Below are positions 9,639 to 19,043 of a DNA stretch of 64,000 nt, piece by piece. This stretch comes from Longimicrobiales bacterium (GTDB lineage Bacteria > Gemmatimonadota > Gemmatimonadetes > Longimicrobiales > Gaopeijiaceae). The stretch is from positions 2,304,001 through 2,368,000 of the forward strand of contig OZ241869.1 in NCBI GenBank assembly GCA_965202805.1, read 5' to 3'. The notes under the pieces were generated by a model. The model searched no databases. It was not told the origin of the DNA and worked only from the letters and a program-made list of their open reading frames with translations. Position 1 is the first letter of the stretch. Each line of letters begins with the position of its first letter. A program made the position numbers and the translations under genes.

Positions 9639-10511
9639 ATGGACATCTTCCTGCAACTGACCGTCTCCGGACTCAGCACGGGGATGATCTACGCCCTGGC
9701 GGCGGCCGGGTTCGTGGTCATCTACAAGGCCAGCGACGTCATCAACTTCGCCCAGGGCGACCTGCTCCTGCTGGGGACCTACCTGATCTTCTTCGCCGTC
9801 GCCCAGACCGGGCTGCCGTGGAGCCTCGGGGTGTTGGTGACCGTGCTGTTGGCGGTCGCGGTGGCCCTGGCCGTCGAGCGCCTGGTGCTTCGTCCCCTTG
9901 TGGGCGAGCCCATCATCTCGATGATCATGGTGACCATCGGGCTGTCGTCGGTGCTCAGGGGAGCCATCAATGCCATCTGGGGCCCCAACCCGCGCTCGTT
10001 CGAGTCCTTCCTGTCCGCGGGCGACATCGTCATCGGGCCCGCGGTGCTCTCGGCGGCGCGCGTGCTCTCCATTCCCATCGCTCTGGCCGTGCTCGCGGCG
10101 CTCGGGCTCTTCTTCCGCCACACCCGCGACGGCATCGCCATGCGCGCCATCGCCGACGACCAGCAGGCGGCGCTCAGCATGGGAATCAGCATCCCGCGCG
10201 TGTTCGGGGTGGCCTGGGGGATGGCGGCCGCCTCAGCCGCGATCGGGGGGATCATGCTGGGCAACATCGTGGGGGTGAGCCCCAACGTGGCGGCCATCGG
10301 GCTGCGGGTCTTTCCCGTCGTCATCCTGGGCGGGCTGGACTCGATCGCGGGGGCGGTTGTCGGTGGCGCCATCATCGGGCTCCTCGAGGTCTACGTCGGC
10401 TTCTATGTCGGTCACGGGCTCAACCTGGTGGTGCCCTATCTGGTGCTCATCCTGGTGCTGATGGTCCGGCCCTACGGGCTCTTCGGGAAGGAGATCATCG
10501 AGCGCGTATGA
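9639..10511 (+). CDS. HAAT ABC transporter permease, LivH-like
   Basis: GMIYAL...INFAQG, GIAMRAIADDQ, VILGGLDS, RPYGLFG; multiple hydrophobic helices. Confidence 0.92.
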   Translation: MDIFLQLTVSGLSTGMIYALAAAGFVVIYKASDVINFAQGDLLLLGTYLIFFAVAQTGLPWSLGVLVTVLLAVAVALAVERLVLRPLVGEPIISMIMVTIGLSSVLRGAINAIWGPNPRSFESFLSAGDIVIGPAVLSAARVLSIPIALAVLAALGLFFRHTRDGIAMRAIADDQQAALSMGISIPRVFGVAWGMAAASAAIGGIMLGNIVGVSPNVAAIGLRVFPVVILGGLDSIAGAVVGGAIIGLLEVYVGFYVGHGLNLVVPYLVLILVLMVRPYGLFGKEIIERV

Positions 10512-10608
10512 GGACGGCACGACGGGTCGATGGGCGGGCGGCATCCATGCGATATGGGCGCGCCGGGACGGCCATCGGAGCGCGCCGCGGGGGCGAGAGG
10601 ATGTCCCG

Positions 10609-11682
10609 GTGAGCATGGAGTGCGGGGTCTTCCACACCCGCTACGAGTCGGACATGGGGCTCCGCCCGCGGCCCGCGCAGCGCATCCGGCTCGCGGTTCT
10701 CGCCCTGTTCGTACTCGTTCTTCCGTTCGTGGCCAGCAGCTACTGGCTGGACCTGGCCAACCAGGTGGCCATCGCCACCGTAGGCGCCATCGGCTTGAAC
10801 ATCCTCGTGGGCCATACCGGCCAGATCTCGCTGGGTCAGGGCGCCTTCATGGCGATCGGGGCCTACACCGCCGGGCTGTTGACCCTCAACTTCGGGGTTC
10901 CGTGGGGCGCGAGCGTGTTCTGCGCGTGCATCCTCACCGCCTTGGCGGGCACCTTCTTCGGGCTCCCTTCCCTGCGCCTCAAGGGCCTCTACCTCGCCAT
11001 CGCCACCCTGGCCGCACAGGAGATCGTGGAGTGGGGCATGACCCACTGGACGGCGGTCACGGGCGGAACCGAGGCCATCGTCCTGCCCGCCCCCCGCATC
11101 TTCGGCGTTCGCCTGAACAGCACCTTCAATTTCTACTGGGTCGCCGTGCTCACGGCGGCGGGCACCGCGCTCTTCGCCGCCAACCTCTTCCGCAGCCGGA
11201 TCGGCCGCGCCTTCGAGGCGGTGCGCGACCAGGACGTCGCGGCGAGCGTCATCGGGGTCGATGTCTTCCGCACCAAGCTGCTGGCCTTCGCCACTTCGTC
11301 GTTCTTCGTCGGGCTCGCGGGGGCGATGATCGCCTTCTACCGCAACATCATCACCTGGGAGCGATTCACGCTGAACACCAGCATCGTCTACCTGGCGATG
11401 ATCATCGTCGGGGGCCTGGGCTCGATTCGCGGATCGTTTCTGGGTGCGGCGCTGATCACGCTGCTGCCCGCCATGATCACGAACGTGGGGCGGGCGATCC
11501 AGGATACCGCTCCCCAGGCGGCTTCCCTTCTCCCCTACGCGCAGCAGGCGGTGTTCGGGATCGTGATCATCCTCTTCCTCATCTTCGAGCCCCGGGGACT
11601 GTCCAAACTATGGGAGAACGTGAAAGACTACTTTCATGTGTGGCCGTTTGCGTACCGGCGCGGCGAGAGTCGGGCCAGCTGA
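10609..11682 (+). CDS. HAAT ABC transporter permease, LivM-like
   Basis: GLNILVGHTGQISLGQGAF, LRLKGLYLAIATLA, GRAFEAVRD, IVGGLGS, EPRGL. Confidence 0.92.
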   Translation: MSMECGVFHTRYESDMGLRPRPAQRIRLAVLALFVLVLPFVASSYWLDLANQVAIATVGAIGLNILVGHTGQISLGQGAFMAIGAYTAGLLTLNFGVPWGASVFCACILTALAGTFFGLPSLRLKGLYLAIATLAAQEIVEWGMTHWTAVTGGTEAIVLPAPRIFGVRLNSTFNFYWVAVLTAAGTALFAANLFRSRIGRAFEAVRDQDVAASVIGVDVFRTKLLAFATSSFFVGLAGAMIAFYRNIITWERFTLNTSIVYLAMIIVGGLGSIRGSFLGAALITLLPAMITNVGRAIQDTAPQAASLLPYAQQAVFGIVIILFLIFEPRGLSKLWENVKDYFHVWPFAYRRGESRAS

Positions 11683-11694
11683 AGGACGGAGATC

Positions 11695-13038
11695 ATGAGA
11701 AAGATGAGCGGGATAAAAGGGGTACAGGTCGGGATTGGACGATGGGCGGCGGGATTGGCCGACGTGCTGGCGGGCGAGCGGACGAAAACACCGATGACGG
11801 AACGGGCGAAGGCGTTGGCCATGGGACCGGGGAAGGCATGGACGACGCAGCGGGCGAAGGCGTCAGCAAGGGCGTTGGCCGCGGGCGCTGCGATGCTCGT
11901 GTGCGTCGCCTGCGGGGGCGCCGGCGCCGACACGGACGACAACAGCATCAAGGTGGGGGCCATCTTCGACCTCACCGGACCCACGGCCGACGTGGGCACC
12001 GACTACGGTGACGGGGTGCGCGGCTTCGCCGACTGGACCAACGCGCGGGGCGGCATCGAGGGGCGTCCCATCGACCTCATCTTCCAGGACTACGGATACC
12101 AGGTCGACCGCGCCGAGCAGCTCTACAGCCAGTTCGTTAACGAGGGCGCCGTGATCTTCATGGGATGGGGCACGGGCGACACCGAGGCCCTGCGCATGCG
12201 CATCGCCGAGGACGAGATCCCGTTCAGCTCCGCGTCCCTCTCGCATCGCCTGGGGGATCCGGCGGAGGCCCCGTACAACTTCCTGCTGGCCACGACCTAC
12301 AGCGACCAGTTCCGCATCGCCCTCGACTGGATCGCCCGGAACCACGGCGAGGGAACGCCCATCGTCGCGCTGATGCACAACGCGAGCCCCTTCGGGCTGT
12401 CCCCGGCGAATCAGGGCGGGATCGAGTTCGCCCGGGCGCGGGGCATCGACCTCACGCTCTACGAGATGCCGCGCGGGGCGGTGGACTTCACCGCCGAGTT
12501 CTCGCGCATCCGCCAGAGCGGCGCCCATTACGTCGTGTTCCAGAATACCTCCGGACCGGCCGCGGTGGCGCTCCAGAACGCGCGCAGCCTGGGGCTGGAC
12601 GTCACCTTCTTCTGCCTGAACTGGTGCTCGAACGCCCAGGTGGTGCAGTTGGCGGGAGACGCGGCGGAGGGCCTGATGGGGACGATGCCGTACGCGCCGC
12701 TGAGCGTGGATGTACCCGGCACGCGCGTCATCCGGGAGTACCTGGAGTCGAAGGGTGAGTCCGCCGAGGAGAAGACGAACGCGTACACGCAGGGCTGGTG
12801 GACGTTCGCGGCGTTCGCCGAGGGGATGCGGCGGGTGCTCGCGGCTGGCCGGGAACTCACCGGCGCGAACATCAAGGCTGCCCTGGAGACGCTGTCCGAC
12901 TACGACATGGGCGGGGTGACCGCGCCCGTGACCCTCACGCCCACGGACCACCGCGGGTCCAGGGGACTGCGCATCTTCCGGGTCGAGGACGGGGCCTGGG
13001 TTCCGTTCACGGACTTCGTCCAGGCGCCGGCGTCCTGA
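11695..13038 (+). CDS. HAAT ABC transporter substrate-binding lipoprotein (Peripla_BP_6-like); start uncertain
   Basis: Lipobox VCVAC; IKVGAIFDLTGPTA, NARGGIEG, GWGTGDTEAL; position in operon. Confidence 0.88.
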   Translation: MRKMSGIKGVQVGIGRWAAGLADVLAGERTKTPMTERAKALAMGPGKAWTTQRAKASARALAAGAAMLVCVACGGAGADTDDNSIKVGAIFDLTGPTADVGTDYGDGVRGFADWTNARGGIEGRPIDLIFQDYGYQVDRAEQLYSQFVNEGAVIFMGWGTGDTEALRMRIAEDEIPFSSASLSHRLGDPAEAPYNFLLATTYSDQFRIALDWIARNHGEGTPIVALMHNASPFGLSPANQGGIEFARARGIDLTLYEMPRGAVDFTAEFSRIRQSGAHYVVFQNTSGPAAVALQNARSLGLDVTFFCLNWCSNAQVVQLAGDAAEGLMGTMPYAPLSVDVPGTRVIREYLESKGESAEEKTNAYTQGWWTFAAFAEGMRRVLAAGRELTGANIKAALETLSDYDMGGVTAPVTLTPTDHRGSRGLRIFRVEDGAWVPFTDFVQAPAS

Positions 13039-13048
13039 GGGCGCCGGG

Positions 13049-13936
13049 ATGACGGATTCGGCCGCTGGACGCGGAGCCGCGTCGTCGTCGAATGGCCGGT
13101 CGGACGCGGCTCGTTCCTCGGCGCACCGCGCGGGCGCGGACGCGCCGCTCCTCGGTCTCAACAACATCGAGGTCCTCTACGACGACGTGATCCTCGTGCT
13201 GCGGGGGTTGTCGCTGGAGGTGGCCGAGGGGCGCATCGCGGCCCTTCTGGGATCCAACGGCGCGGGCAAGACCACGACCCTGAAGGCCATCTCGGGGCTG
13301 CTGTATGTGGAGGACGGCGAGGTCAGCGACGGGACCATCGTCTTCGACGGCGAGGAAATCCAGGGGATGGACGCCCACCGCATCGTGGAAAAGGGCGTCT
13401 TCCAGGTGCTCGAGGGGCGGCGGGTGTTCGAACACCTCACCGTGCGCGAGAACCTGCTGGCCGGGGGTTACACGCGCGGGACGCGCGGGCTGAACGCCGA
13501 GGCGGACAAGGTCTACCACTACTTCCCGGCGCTTGCGGAGCGGCGCGGGCAGCTCGCGGGCCATCTCTCGGGCGGCGAGCAGCAGATGCTGGCGCTGGGA
13601 CGGGCGCTCATGGCTTCGCCGCGCATGATGCTGCTCGACGAGCCCTCGCTCGGGCTGGCTCCGATGCTGGTCGAGAGCATCTTCGAGATCGTGCAGCGCA
13701 TCAATCGCGAGGAAGGGACCACGATTCTGCTGGTGGAGCAGAACGCGCGCATCGCGCTTTCGGTCGCCGACTACGGCTACATCATGGAGGGGGGACGGGT
13801 GGTGCTCGAAGGCGCCGCGGAGGAACTGCGCACCAATGAGGACGTCAAGGAGTTCTACCTGGGGCTGGGCGAGGGCGGGCGGCGGTCGTACCGGGACGTG
13901 AAGCACTACCGGCGGCGGAAGCGGTGGCTTTCGTGA
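13049..13936 (+). CDS. HAAT ABC transporter ATP-binding protein, LivF-like
   Basis: GSNGAGKTT, LSGGEQQM, LLDEPSLGLAP, LLVEQNA, DVKEFYLG...YRRRKRW. Confidence 0.93.
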   Translation: MTDSAAGRGAASSSNGRSDAARSSAHRAGADAPLLGLNNIEVLYDDVILVLRGLSLEVAEGRIAALLGSNGAGKTTTLKAISGLLYVEDGEVSDGTIVFDGEEIQGMDAHRIVEKGVFQVLEGRRVFEHLTVRENLLAGGYTRGTRGLNAEADKVYHYFPALAERRGQLAGHLSGGEQQMLALGRALMASPRMMLLDEPSLGLAPMLVESIFEIVQRINREEGTTILLVEQNARIALSVADYGYIMEGGRVVLEGAAEELRTNEDVKEFYLGLGEGGRRSYRDVKHYRRRKRWLS

Positions 13937-14026
13937 GAGCGCGGGCGTCGTGACCGGCGCACCCGGCTCGCGCCGGAGCGACGAGCGTCTTGACCGAGGC
14001 GGCGACCCTCGCCTTCCCACTGCAGC

Positions 14027-15262
14027 ATGGAGGCGCCCATCGTGACGGGCAGACCGACGGACTGGGACGCGCTACAGGACCGGCTGGCGGCGCGCGCCGT
14101 TGCCTGGGGGACCGAGCGGAGCAGGGAAATCCGGCGGCGGCTGAAGGGCGCCGGGATGTCGGCAGGGGACGTCGCGGGGTTGGCGGACCTGCGGGCGATT
14201 CCGGTTCTGGCCAAGGACGACCTGCCCGCCCTGCAGGCCGCCGATCCGCCTTTCGCGGGGATGCTCGCGGTGGCATCCGGCTCGCTCGCGCGCATCTACC
14301 GCTCGCCGGGGCCGATCAACGACCCGCAGGGGGCCGGCAACGACTTCTGGCGGTTCGCTCCGGCCTTGCGGGCCGCCGGCTTCCGCCCCGGCGATGTGGT
14401 GTTGAACAGCTTCTCGTACCACCTGACGCCGGGCGGTCTGATGCTCGACGGGGGACTGCGCGCAGCCGGATGCGCGGTGATTCCGGGTGGCGTGGCGGCC
14501 ACGACCGCCCAGATCGAGGCGGCGCGCGCGGCGGGCGCGACCGGCTACACCGGCACGCCCCAGTTCCTGCTTGCCCTGCTCGAGCGGGCCGCGGAGTCGG
14601 GCGGACCGCTCGGGTTCGAGCGCGCACTGGTGACGGGCGCACCCCTGCCGCCCTCGTTGCGCGCCCGCCTCCAGGACGGCTTCGGCGTGGACGTCTACCA
14701 GGCCTACGCCGCCGCGGACACCGGGCTGATCGGCTACGAGTGCGCGGAGAAGGACGGGTGGCACGTGGCCCCCAGGGTGGTGGTCGAGGTGCTGGTCCCC
14801 GGGGACGACCGCCCGGCCGCGGAGGGGGAGGCGGGGCAGGTGGTGGTCACCAGCCCGAACGAGGTCTACCCGCTGGTGCGGTTCGGCACCGGCGACCTGT
14901 CCGCGTGGAAGCGCGCGCCCTGTCCGTCCGGCCGCCCCGGCCCCCGCCTGACGGGCTTCCTGGGCAGGGTGGGCGAGGGGGTCAAGGTGCGGGGGATGTT
15001 CGTGCACCCCCGCGAACTGGCCGCGGTGCTGGGGTCCGATCCGGCGGTGACGCGCCACCAGGCGGTGGTGTCCGCCGACGGCGCGCAGGACGTGTTCACC
15101 GTGCGGGTCGAGGCGGCACCCGGGGCCGTGGTCGAGGCCACCACGCTGGCCGCCCGCATCCGCGAGGCCGTGAAGATCCGCCCGGTCGTGGAGGTGGTGG
15201 GGCCGGGGGGCATCCCGGACGACGCGCGGCCGCTGGTGGACGCCCGAAGGGAACAGGGTTGA
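14027..15262 (+). CDS. Phenylacetate-CoA ligase family (PaaK-like) adenylate-forming protein
   Basis: SPGPINDP, NSFSYHLTPGG, GYTGTPQFL, YPLVRFGTGDLS, KVRGMFVHP. Confidence 0.85.
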   Translation: MEAPIVTGRPTDWDALQDRLAARAVAWGTERSREIRRRLKGAGMSAGDVAGLADLRAIPVLAKDDLPALQAADPPFAGMLAVASGSLARIYRSPGPINDPQGAGNDFWRFAPALRAAGFRPGDVVLNSFSYHLTPGGLMLDGGLRAAGCAVIPGGVAATTAQIEAARAAGATGYTGTPQFLLALLERAAESGGPLGFERALVTGAPLPPSLRARLQDGFGVDVYQAYAAADTGLIGYECAEKDGWHVAPRVVVEVLVPGDDRPAAEGEAGQVVVTSPNEVYPLVRFGTGDLSAWKRAPCPSGRPGPRLTGFLGRVGEGVKVRGMFVHPRELAAVLGSDPAVTRHQAVVSADGAQDVFTVRVEAAPGAVVEATTLAARIREAVKIRPVVEVVGPGGIPDDARPLVDARREQG

Positions 15263-15465
15263 GGCTGCCATCCGGCTTGCGCGGTTCGGCCATACCGGCC
15301 AAGAGTTGGAGGTCGCCAAGCCGAACGGGAACCAGTGCGGACTTCCGATCCAGACCCTCCCGGCAGCCGGCTTCGCCCTCTCCTGAGTGTTGGCACCGGG
15401 ATGCAGGGGTGGCCGGTCAACGGCCTGCCCCCACCGGGCGGTTTCCCATGCATGGAGTCGCTTCC

Positions 15466-17739
15466 ATGACGGTTCGTGCGCCTCTCGACGGCATCCGCCG
15501 GCATCCGCTGGCGCTCGTACTGTGTCTTGCGGTCGCCCCCGCGCTCGCCATCCCCCAGGTCTACGCGCAGGAGCCGGAGCAAGCGACCGTGTTCGAGGGC
15601 GATGTGCGCGACGCGGGCACCGGTGAACCCCTGTCAGGAGCGCACGTGTCGGTGGTCGGCAGGGAAACCAGGGCGGTCACCCGCGGGGACGGGACCTTCC
15701 ACCTGACCGGGCTGCCCGCGGGTGTGCACATCCTGCGAGCCGATCGTCTGGGGTACCGGGGCGTGACCGTGGTGGTAACCGTGGGGAGCGTGCGCGCGCG
15801 CCGGGCGGTGGCAGAGTCGGCGGAGGTCGTGATCGAGTTGGTGCCGTCTCCCATTGCGGTGGAGGGCCTGGTGGTGACGGCGACGATCAGCGAGCGCGCC
15901 GCGGCCGAGGCGCTCCGACCGGTCAGCGTCATGGCGGGCGATGTCCTGCAGCGCCAGATGACGGCGACCGTGGCGGGCACCCTGGCGTCAATTCCGGGGA
16001 TAGCCGCCGCCAGGACGGGTCCGTCGGTCGCGCAACCGGTGATCCGGGGACTGGGCGGGGACAGGGTGCTGATGCTCGAGGACGGGACCGCAGTCGGGGA
16101 TGCCTCCAACTCGGGCTCGGACCACGCCACCGCACTCGATCCGTCGTCGGCTCGGCGCATCGAGGTCGTGCGGGGTCCCGGGGCGCTTCTCTACGGGGGC
16201 AACGCGCTGGGCGGCGTCATCAACGTCATCCGCGACGAGATCCCGTCTGCCGCGCCGCACAACCTGACGGGCGCGGCGACACTGCAGACCCAGACGGCAA
16301 CCGGCTCGCTGGCCGGCAGCGCGTCAGCCGTAGTTGCCATCGCGGAGAGCGTGCCGCTGCGCGTGGAGGCGACCGCCCGGACGGCGGGAGACCTGAAGAC
16401 CCCCGGCGGCACGCTTCTCAATACCGACGGCGAACTGTGGATCGGGGGTGCGGGGACGGCCTACGTGGCCGATTGGGGTCGCCTGGGGGCGTCCTCTCGC
16501 GGCTACCGCAACTACTACGGCATCCCGGGCGGCTTCGTGGGCGGGCACGGCGAGGGGGTGCGGATCGAAATGGAGCGGGTCGCATCGAAGTTCCGGACCG
16601 TGGTCGACGAGCCAATCGGGCCCTTCCACAATCTCCGCTTCGACGCGACCCACAACTGGTACACGCACCGCGAACTCGAAGCACCGGACATTGTGGGCAC
16701 GGTCTTCGACCAACAAGGCGCGAGCGCGGACATCCTGGGTCGGCATGGGAGGTGGGGACCGTTCACGGGGGGCGCGATGGGCGGCCGGGCGTCCTGGGAG
16801 GACTTCGGATACGGGGGCTCCCTGTACACGCCGGACACGCGTCGGCTCAAGGCGGCGCTGTACCTGCTCGAGGAGATCGACCTGGGCTCCTTCCAGATCG
16901 AGTCGGGGCTGCGCTACGACTGGACCCTGACCGATCCGGGGGAAGACCGGGTTTCGGACATCGGTGAGATCCGCGACCGCCGATTCCCCTCCCTGTCAGG
17001 GTCGTTGGGTGTCCTTCACAAGTCCGCCTCGGGGCTGGTGCTCGGCGCCAGCGTTGTCCGGGCGTTCCGCGCACCCGACGTCACCGAACTCTATTCGGAA
17101 GGACCGCATCTTGCGGCCTACGTCTTCGAAGTCGGCAACCCGTCTCTGGAGGGCGAGGTCGGAAGGGGGATCGATGTCTTCGCCCGTTTCGAGTCCGACC
17201 GGATCAGGGCCGAGGTGACCGGCTTCCACAACGACATCACGAACCACATCTACGGGGAGGCCACGGGCCGCCTGAGCCGCGTGCGCCTTCCCATTTACCA
17301 ATTCCATGGCAACGACGCCGTGTTCAGCGGCTTCGAGGCCGGCGTCGACGTTGACGCCGGGCGGGGGCTGGCGCTGGAGGGAGTGGCCTCGGCGGTGAAC
17401 GGCCGTCTAAAGGGGACCGGTCAGCCTCTGCCTCTCATTCCTCCACTCAAGGGACATTTGGCCGTGAAGTACGAGAAGCCGTCATGGTATCTCCGGGCGG
17501 AGGCCGAGATGGCGGACCTGCAGGACAGGGTTGGTGAATTCGAGACGCCGACGCGTGGGTACACCGTCTTCAACGCCGCAGCGGGGATGCGGGTTACGCT
17601 CGGCGGACGTCTGAACGTCCTGACCGTCAACCTCGTCAACGCCATGAATGCCGAGTACCGCAACCACCTTTCCCGGGTGAAAGAGATCATGCCGGAGGCC
17701 GGACGGAGTCTGAACGTCAGCTATCGGGTGGTGTTCTGA
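15466..17739 (+). CDS. TonB-dependent receptor with N-terminal carboxypeptidase-regulatory-like domain, probably metal uptake (the 13990 start in the ORF track is an artefact)
   Basis: GGAG before ATG 15466; signal peptide; plug PVIRGLGGDRV, SDHA, IEVVRGPGALLYGGNALGGVINV; C-terminal GRSLNVSYRVVF. Confidence 0.92.
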   Translation: MTVRAPLDGIRRHPLALVLCLAVAPALAIPQVYAQEPEQATVFEGDVRDAGTGEPLSGAHVSVVGRETRAVTRGDGTFHLTGLPAGVHILRADRLGYRGVTVVVTVGSVRARRAVAESAEVVIELVPSPIAVEGLVVTATISERAAAEALRPVSVMAGDVLQRQMTATVAGTLASIPGIAAARTGPSVAQPVIRGLGGDRVLMLEDGTAVGDASNSGSDHATALDPSSARRIEVVRGPGALLYGGNALGGVINVIRDEIPSAAPHNLTGAATLQTQTATGSLAGSASAVVAIAESVPLRVEATARTAGDLKTPGGTLLNTDGELWIGGAGTAYVADWGRLGASSRGYRNYYGIPGGFVGGHGEGVRIEMERVASKFRTVVDEPIGPFHNLRFDATHNWYTHRELEAPDIVGTVFDQQGASADILGRHGRWGPFTGGAMGGRASWEDFGYGGSLYTPDTRRLKAALYLLEEIDLGSFQIESGLRYDWTLTDPGEDRVSDIGEIRDRRFPSLSGSLGVLHKSASGLVLGASVVRAFRAPDVTELYSEGPHLAAYVFEVGNPSLEGEVGRGIDVFARFESDRIRAEVTGFHNDITNHIYGEATGRLSRVRLPIYQFHGNDAVFSGFEAGVDVDAGRGLALEGVASAVNGRLKGTGQPLPLIPPLKGHLAVKYEKPSWYLRAEAEMADLQDRVGEFETPTRGYTVFNAAAGMRVTLGGRLNVLTVNLVNAMNAEYRNHLSRVKEIMPEAGRSLNVSYRVVF

Positions 17740-17761
17740 CGCGCGCATACGCGAGCTTCAG

Positions 17762-18868
17762 CTAACGCGCCAGCCAGGCACTGAAGCGCTCGTTGAGTTC
17801 GTCCTGGCTGTCGACCCAGAACGCCCAATCGTAACGAAGCGCACGATCCACGTTGCCCGCACTGGCCGGCATGTGGGGCGCCATGTCAACCCCTGCGACT
17901 ACATGGGTCGTCACCAGCGGCATGCCGGATCTGCGCGCCGGGGAATAGGAGATGCGGCGGCCGATCCGCGCCAGAGACTCGGCGCTGGTGCTGAAGGCCA
18001 CGTATTCAAGTGCCTCTTCCAGCCTCGGTGTACCCGCGACGATCCCGGTCTGACCCACGTCCAGCAACTGCCCGTCCCAAACGATCACGAACGGTTGGTC
18101 CTCCAGGATCTGGGCATTGAAGATGCGGCCGTTGTACGCCGTGCTCATGACCACTTCCCCGTCAGCCAGCAACTGCGGTGGCTGGGCGCCCGCCTGCCAC
18201 CACACCACCTCGTCCTTGATCGTTTCGAGCCTGGCAAAGGCCCGGTCCAGGCCCCCCGCGGTCCTCAACGTGGCGTACACCTCGTCGAGCGGCACGCCAT
18301 CGGCAATCAGGGCGAACTCCAGGTTCACCTGCGGCACCCGCCGCATCCCGCGGCGGCCCGGGAACCTCTCCAGGTCGAAGAAATCCGCCATGGTGGCGGG
18401 CTTCCCGCCCGGGAAGTTCTCATCGTTGTACGCATACACGGTCGACCAGTACAGATTGCTCACCCCGCACTCGGTCTGGCTCTCGGCCACGAAGTCGTCG
18501 GCCGCGAGAGTCCCGTCGGGTCCGGGAGGCAGATCGTCGATGTCGATCGGCTCGAGCAGCCCCTCGTCGCAACCGCGCACGGCATCCGCGATTTCCAGGT
18601 CGACCACATCCCAGTGGATGTTGTCGATGTCCACCTGGGCCCGGATCTCGGCCAGACCGCCGTTGTAGGTCGCCATGCTGACACGGATGCCGGTCGCCTC
18701 GGTGAAGGGAATGTTGGCGCCCTCGTTGACGGCACGACCGTAGGAGCCTCCCCAGGACACGACGGTGATCGACTGCCCGGCGACGGTGACGAGCGGGACG
18801 CCGGAAAGGAGCGCAGCGAGCGCCGGGATGGTCACCGCCAGACAACGTCTCCCGAACCCCTGTCTCAT
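17762..18868 (-). CDS. PotD/PotF-like ABC substrate-binding protein (polyamine/amine family), no permease genes alongside
   Basis: AGGAG before ATG 18868; ITVVSWGGSY, WDVVD, LEFALIADGV, QLLADGEV...AYNGR, RFSAWLA. Confidence 0.9.
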   Translation of the reverse strand: MRQGFGRRCLAVTIPALAALLSGVPLVTVAGQSITVVSWGGSYGRAVNEGANIPFTEATGIRVSMATYNGGLAEIRAQVDIDNIHWDVVDLEIADAVRGCDEGLLEPIDIDDLPPGPDGTLAADDFVAESQTECGVSNLYWSTVYAYNDENFPGGKPATMADFFDLERFPGRRGMRRVPQVNLEFALIADGVPLDEVYATLRTAGGLDRAFARLETIKDEVVWWQAGAQPPQLLADGEVVMSTAYNGRIFNAQILEDQPFVIVWDGQLLDVGQTGIVAGTPRLEEALEYVAFSTSAESLARIGRRISYSPARRSGMPLVTTHVVAGVDMAPHMPASAGNVDRALRYDWAFWVDSQDELNERFSAWLAR

Positions 18869-19043
18869 TCCGCTTCTCCTTGGTGGGTGAGTGCACGGCA
18901 ATCGTCGGCGACCACGGGAAGATACCATGTCGCGCGGGCTTGCGGCGACCGCGGTCCCCGGCGCGGCTCGGCAACGGGTATGGACCGCCGCGGGCACCAC
19001 GCCGTACCTTGAGCCCAGATTGGTCCGAACCCCGGAGGTTGCG

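Noticed and set aside
6230..9679. 1149-aa minus-strand ORF and similar long antisense ORFs (e.g. 33929-36844, 36540-39041, 57023-60256)
   Set aside because: Shadows of well-supported genes on the opposite strand in high-GC DNA; no family motifs
13990..15465. N-terminal extension making a 1249-aa TonB receptor
   Set aside because: Overlaps the PaaK-like gene in another frame and is Arg/Gly-rich noise; RBS and signal peptide place the start at about 15466
15263..15465. Cobalamin riboswitch before the TonB receptor
   Set aside because: Only a GGGAA-like fragment is present; the other conserved elements could not be found by eye
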